Below are positions 36,628-39,777 of a DNA stretch of 39,777 nt, in pieces (the stretch's first letter is position 1; each line of letters starts with the position of its first letter). The notes beneath the pieces are model-generated. The model worked only from the letters and a program-made list of their open reading frames with translations. It did no database searches and had not been told where the DNA came from. A program made the translations under genes and the position numbers. The stretch is from the sequence record SRR31156797_3528, one strand, 5' to 3'.

Positions 36628-37229
36628 TACTCTGCAATTAATTTATCTAGTAAGGCATGGGTTTTATCACTATTCCATTTGGCGGCTCCCAGTTTTTTTA
36701 CCACTATTTCTCCATTTTTAGAGATGATAAAAGTAGCCGGAATACTTTTGCTACTTAACTTTTCAGGAGTGCGCTGTATTGGAATATTGGATGGAATGGA
36801 AAAACCTCTTTTATCTAAAAAAGCTTTTACATGGCCTGCTTCTTCATTACTGATTAGAACAAATTCTACTTTATCTCCATAGGACTCATATAATTCGTTA
36901 ATCTCTGGAAACTCGGCTATGCATGGCGGACACCATGTGGCCCATAAATTAAAGAAGATTACTTTTCCCTTTAAGTCGGCAAAATTTTTTGTTTCTCCTT
37001 GCAAGGTTTTATACTGCCAATTGTAATCTGTTTCGGAAAGCTCTTCCCTGTTTACTTTTTCAGCAGGCGAAGACATCGTAAATTTTATAATAACAGATGA
37101 GATGTTTTTTCTGCTACCGGGAATAATCATGGCTATAAACAGCACAATAAATAAGATATCGAAGGCGACGCCAATTTTTGATTTGCCCGCACGATATCGC
37201 TTCCATTGTTCTTTTAAAATGTTCCCCAT
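36627..37229 (-). CDS. TlpA/ResA family thiol-disulfide oxidoreductase, membrane anchored
   Basis: KGKVIFFNLWATWCPPCIAEFP, cis-Pro SIPATFII and GAAKW motifs. Confidence 0.93.
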   Translation of the reverse strand: MGNILKEQWKRYRAGKSKIGVAFDILFIVLFIAMIIPGSRKNISSVIIKFTMSSPAEKVNREELSETDYNWQYKTLQGETKNFADLKGKVIFFNLWATWCPPCIAEFPEINELYESYGDKVEFVLISNEEAGHVKAFLDKRGFSIPSNIPIQRTPEKLSSKSIPATFIISKNGEIVVKKLGAAKWNSDKTHALLDKLIAE

Positions 37230-37232
37230 CCT

Positions 37233-37883
37233 CTATAATTTTCTAAATGTTAGCCAAACTGGCCATTTCATACTTTTGTATGTTTTTCCGGTTGTGCTGG
37301 CTACTTCCATTCGCAATGTTTTGTAGCTGTTTAGTCCCTCCACATTATCATAGAATTTCTGGGCATCAATTGTAAATTTATGACCCGTTCCAGGGGATAA
37401 GGTTATAGGAAAATAATTTTGACCACCGATGTTCTTAATAACAAACGAACGTTTTTGGTTTCCATTGTAAAAAGTAAGCGTTGGATTATTAAATGAAATA
37501 GACAGCCCTGTTTTGTTAATGATAAAGGCTCGTAATACCAGGTTATTATTCTGCTTTTGTTTAAAGTAATCCACTTTAAAAATTACCACCTTTGGAAATA
37601 GCTTATCGATCCAACCGTATTTTTTAGCCACAAAAAAAAATAATACCGCACCAACCATTAGCATAATAGTAGAGTAATCGTTGGCAGGTTGCGGCTCTGG
37701 TTCTTGAAAATTTTCAATAATTCCAGGTTCCTGTGTGGTTATTTCGCTTGGTTGAGATACTGCACTTTTGTCGGTAGGTAGCATGTTTCGACTACATACC
37801 TGTAGTAATAAAGTTACGCCCAGAATAGCGTAAATGATCATTCTGTTTTTTTTAACAAAGGCAAGAAAATCCTTCCAATTCAT
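37233..37883 (-). CDS. Hypothetical membrane protein (two hydrophobic segments plus beta-rich C-terminal domain)
   Basis: Long ORF in a tightly packed operon. Start set at ATG 37883 (MNWKDF). Confidence 0.7.
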   Translation of the reverse strand: MNWKDFLAFVKKNRMIIYAILGVTLLLQVCSRNMLPTDKSAVSQPSEITTQEPGIIENFQEPEPQPANDYSTIMLMVGAVLFFFVAKKYGWIDKLFPKVVIFKVDYFKQKQNNNLVLRAFIINKTGLSISFNNPTLTFYNGNQKRSFVIKNIGGQNYFPITLSPGTGHKFTIDAQKFYDNVEGLNSYKTLRMEVASTTGKTYKSMKWPVWLTFRKL

Positions 37884-37926
37884 TGATGATTGTTTTTGTA
37901 AATCCCTAAAATGTAACAACTAAAGC

Positions 37927-38325
37927 TTATTCTTTGTTTCGCTTTTCTATTTTTGCGGGGAAGGGTCTGATACCTTGGTAATTGATGTAGAATTCGCCTC
38001 CCGGTATCGGACGAGCCATTTCTTCTTCGGTTTGACCATTGGCATTGGCAATGCCCACGCTGCCATACCAACAGGATGCATTGTGTTTTTTACCTAATTC
38101 GCGAACTTGCTCAATAATTTCGGGAAGGATGATGCCCATTTCGGGATAGTAGCCAGTTTTAACCACTATCATATGAAACTGATCGTCTTTTTTGGCTAGA
38201 ATTTGTGGATTTACATCTAACTCCTTTCTAACATTCAACACTTCGTATCCTTGATCTACTAAATCTTTATAAACCACTTTAATGCCCAGGAAGTGAAGTT
38301 CTTCTAGGTTCATAATTGCTGCCAT
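37927..38325 (-). CDS. Conserved hypothetical protein, possibly degenerate PD-(D/E)XK-like fold
   Basis: ELH....V...L...GYEVL.V......PQI.A.K......IVVK..YP and FYINYQG pattern. Start at ATG 38325 or 38313. Confidence 0.7.
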   Translation of the reverse strand: MAAIMNLEELHFLGIKVVYKDLVDQGYEVLNVRKELDVNPQILAKKDDQFHMIVVKTGYYPEMGIILPEIIEQVRELGKKHNASCWYGSVGIANANGQTEEEMARPIPGGEFYINYQGIRPFPAKIEKRNKE

Positions 38326-38389
38326 ATCCTTTTGTTTGTTAATTAACAAGGCTGCAAAAATGCGAAATTTATATTAGAGTGACAATGTT

Positions 38390-38452
38390 CAGTCTTTAGT
38401 CCTCAGTCTTTAGTCCTCAGTCTACAGTCTTCAGTGCACAGTTATCGGAGAT
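38390..38452. repeat. Degenerate 7-bp tandem repeat (YAGTCYT), about 9 units
   Basis: cagtctt tagtcct cagtctt tagtcct cagtcta cagtctt cagtgca cagttat cggagat. Confidence 0.88.
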
Positions 38453-38463
38453 ATAGGCTAGTT

Positions 38464-38492
38464 ACTAATGACGAATTAACTAATTACCAATG
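38464..38492. repeat. Second degenerate 7-bp tandem repeat (ACnAATK), 4 units
   Basis: actaatg acgaatt (a) actaatt accaatg. Confidence 0.6.
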
Positions 38493-38501
38493 TTCCATTC
38501 T

Positions 38502-39218
38502 TTATTTATCCAATTCAAATATAAAATCGGAGTTAGGATAAACTTTTTTAAATTTCTTTTGATACAATTCTTTTAAGGCATCTATATTGGCAAGGAATTC
38601 AGGAGAGGGTTTGCCTCCAAACCTGTTTATTTGTATAAAGAATTTAAACTTTCTGTTTTTGTGTTTCTGCACATTGTTGGCTGTTTCAAAAATTAAGCGC
38701 TGAATATCATACAATAATCGATCTTCATCCATGTGACCTATTAAAAAGGCAATGCATGGATTTTTAGCTGTATTTTCATCTGTCTCAATGGCATTACAGG
38801 AGCTTTCTTCAGTCTTTGGCGACTCAATAAAGTAGAATATATTGTCTTCGATGTTACTAAACTCCAATTTACCGATGGGCTTCAATGATTCCTTATCTAT
38901 CAGCTGAAAATATACCAGTCCTTTATCAAATTTAGAATGATAGGCTTTAAAAAGGTAGTAGGTTAATTCTTTACCATCCTGCATCATGCTTACCAAGTCG
39001 GTAATTACACAAGCCTCGGAGTTGGCATATTCTTTTAAAGTGGTAACCACAAAATTATTCGAAAAAGAATCCATTTGTACCAATTCCTCACTTCCAAAAT
39101 TGGTACGAATCAGCATATTGTTTTTTTCTTTTAAACCCTCTTTGTTGGTTTCTAGTAAATGCTGATTGGCTTTGTCGATTAGTTTTCTTAAATGAATTGC
39201 AGCTTCCAGGTATATCAT
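38502..39218 (-). CDS. Hypothetical protein
   Basis: 238-aa ORF with TAATTTTG promoter element at 39251-39244; no family recognised. Confidence 0.7.
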   Translation of the reverse strand: MIYLEAAIHLRKLIDKANQHLLETNKEGLKEKNNMLIRTNFGSEELVQMDSFSNNFVVTTLKEYANSEACVITDLVSMMQDGKELTYYLFKAYHSKFDKGLVYFQLIDKESLKPIGKLEFSNIEDNIFYFIESPKTEESSCNAIETDENTAKNPCIAFLIGHMDEDRLLYDIQRLIFETANNVQKHKNRKFKFFIQINRFGGKPSPEFLANIDALKELYQKKFKKVYPNSDFIFELDK

Positions 39219-39392
39219 AGATAAAAAAATAATGTTAGAATGCCAAAATTAGTCATTTTGAATTAAGAATTGCATTAAAAAGTGGGGGTAAAGACTAAAA
39301 ATCTTTAATTCCACATTAATTGAATGGCATTTTTTACCCGATGGGGTAATAGTAGAATCGTGATACTTATTTCTAGATATAACTTTTGTTTT

Positions 39393-39593
39393 TTAGTCCT
39401 CTGAAATAATTTCCTTCACCCGGCCAACCTGACCATCTTCTAACCTAACTTTTATACCATGAGGATGAAAACTGCTTTTGGTAAGTAAATCCTTTACCAC
39501 ACCATATGTGAGATTCCCACTTCGCTGATCCTGTTTTAGTACAATGGCAACTTCAATGCCGGGTTTAATATTCTTACGTTCTTTTCCGTCCAT
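39393..39593 (-). CDS. ywbE: YwbE family protein (DUF2196)
   Basis: MDG..R..IKPG..V.IVLKQDQRSG.LT.GVVKDLLTKS..HPHGIKVRLEDGQVGRV. Confidence 0.93.
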   Translation of the reverse strand: MDGKERKNIKPGIEVAIVLKQDQRSGNLTYGVVKDLLTKSSFHPHGIKVRLEDGQVGRVKEIISED

Positions 39594-39777
39594 AATACAT
39601 ACTGATACTTAACTGTAAAAAAAATGTTCTATTTATTAGTTGAATGATTTGATAGGCCTAAAAAAGTTGTATTTTCTCGTGTTGCCACTTTCTCAATTTT
39701 ATTTCCAAATGTAAGTATTATTTCCTCAATCTACTTTAGAGAATTACAGAGGTTTGTGTAAGCAGAAGTAGTAACAG

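Noticed and set aside
37927..38325. NqrF (Na+-NQR subunit F) label that I recall being attached to similar proteins
   Set aside because: The protein is far too short and has no 2Fe-2S, FAD or NAD-binding motifs.
38390..38492. CRISPR array
   Set aside because: Units are 7 bp, contiguous and have no spacers; there are no cas genes in the window.
39334..39349. ttaccc-gatg-gggtaa hairpin as terminator of ywbE
   Set aside because: The stem is only 6 bp, and on the minus strand it is followed by As and not Us.

Overview
This is an AT-rich bacterial chromosomal segment from the Bacteroidota, most likely a marine Bacteroidia/Marinilabiliales-type organism (inference). Support: TAnnTTTG -7 promoter elements, few Shine-Dalgarno sites, a T9SS C-terminal sorting domain, rplM-rpsI-rpsB-tsf order and the DUF4271-hemD-rnpA-yidD cluster. 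Most of the window is core genome: translation and RNA genes (rplM, rpsI, rpsB, tsf, typA, ttcA, rnpA, rbfA, dusB), metabolism (riboflavin synthase, ilvE, hemD-like, guanine deaminase, LOG), envelope genes and alkylation repair (mpg, ogt). Accessory items are a T9SS-secreted PL4 rhamnogalacturonan lyase, a TPR-LytS/LytTR pair, a three-gene phosphorelay headed by a YfiR/HmsC-like sensor kinase, and an orphan chemoreceptor with an altered hairpin tip. Non-obvious sequence features include a frameshifted SRAP gene whose missing C-terminus is intact in another frame, two structured ribosomal-protein leaders, a promoter-like motif inside a DUF4271 coding motif, heptamer and octamer repeat tracts, and a probable IS982-type end at the left edge. 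I found no CRISPR array, tRNA, rRNA, prophage or defence island, and nothing here can be confidently called a wholly new system. All domain calls are from motif recognition by eye, not database searches.
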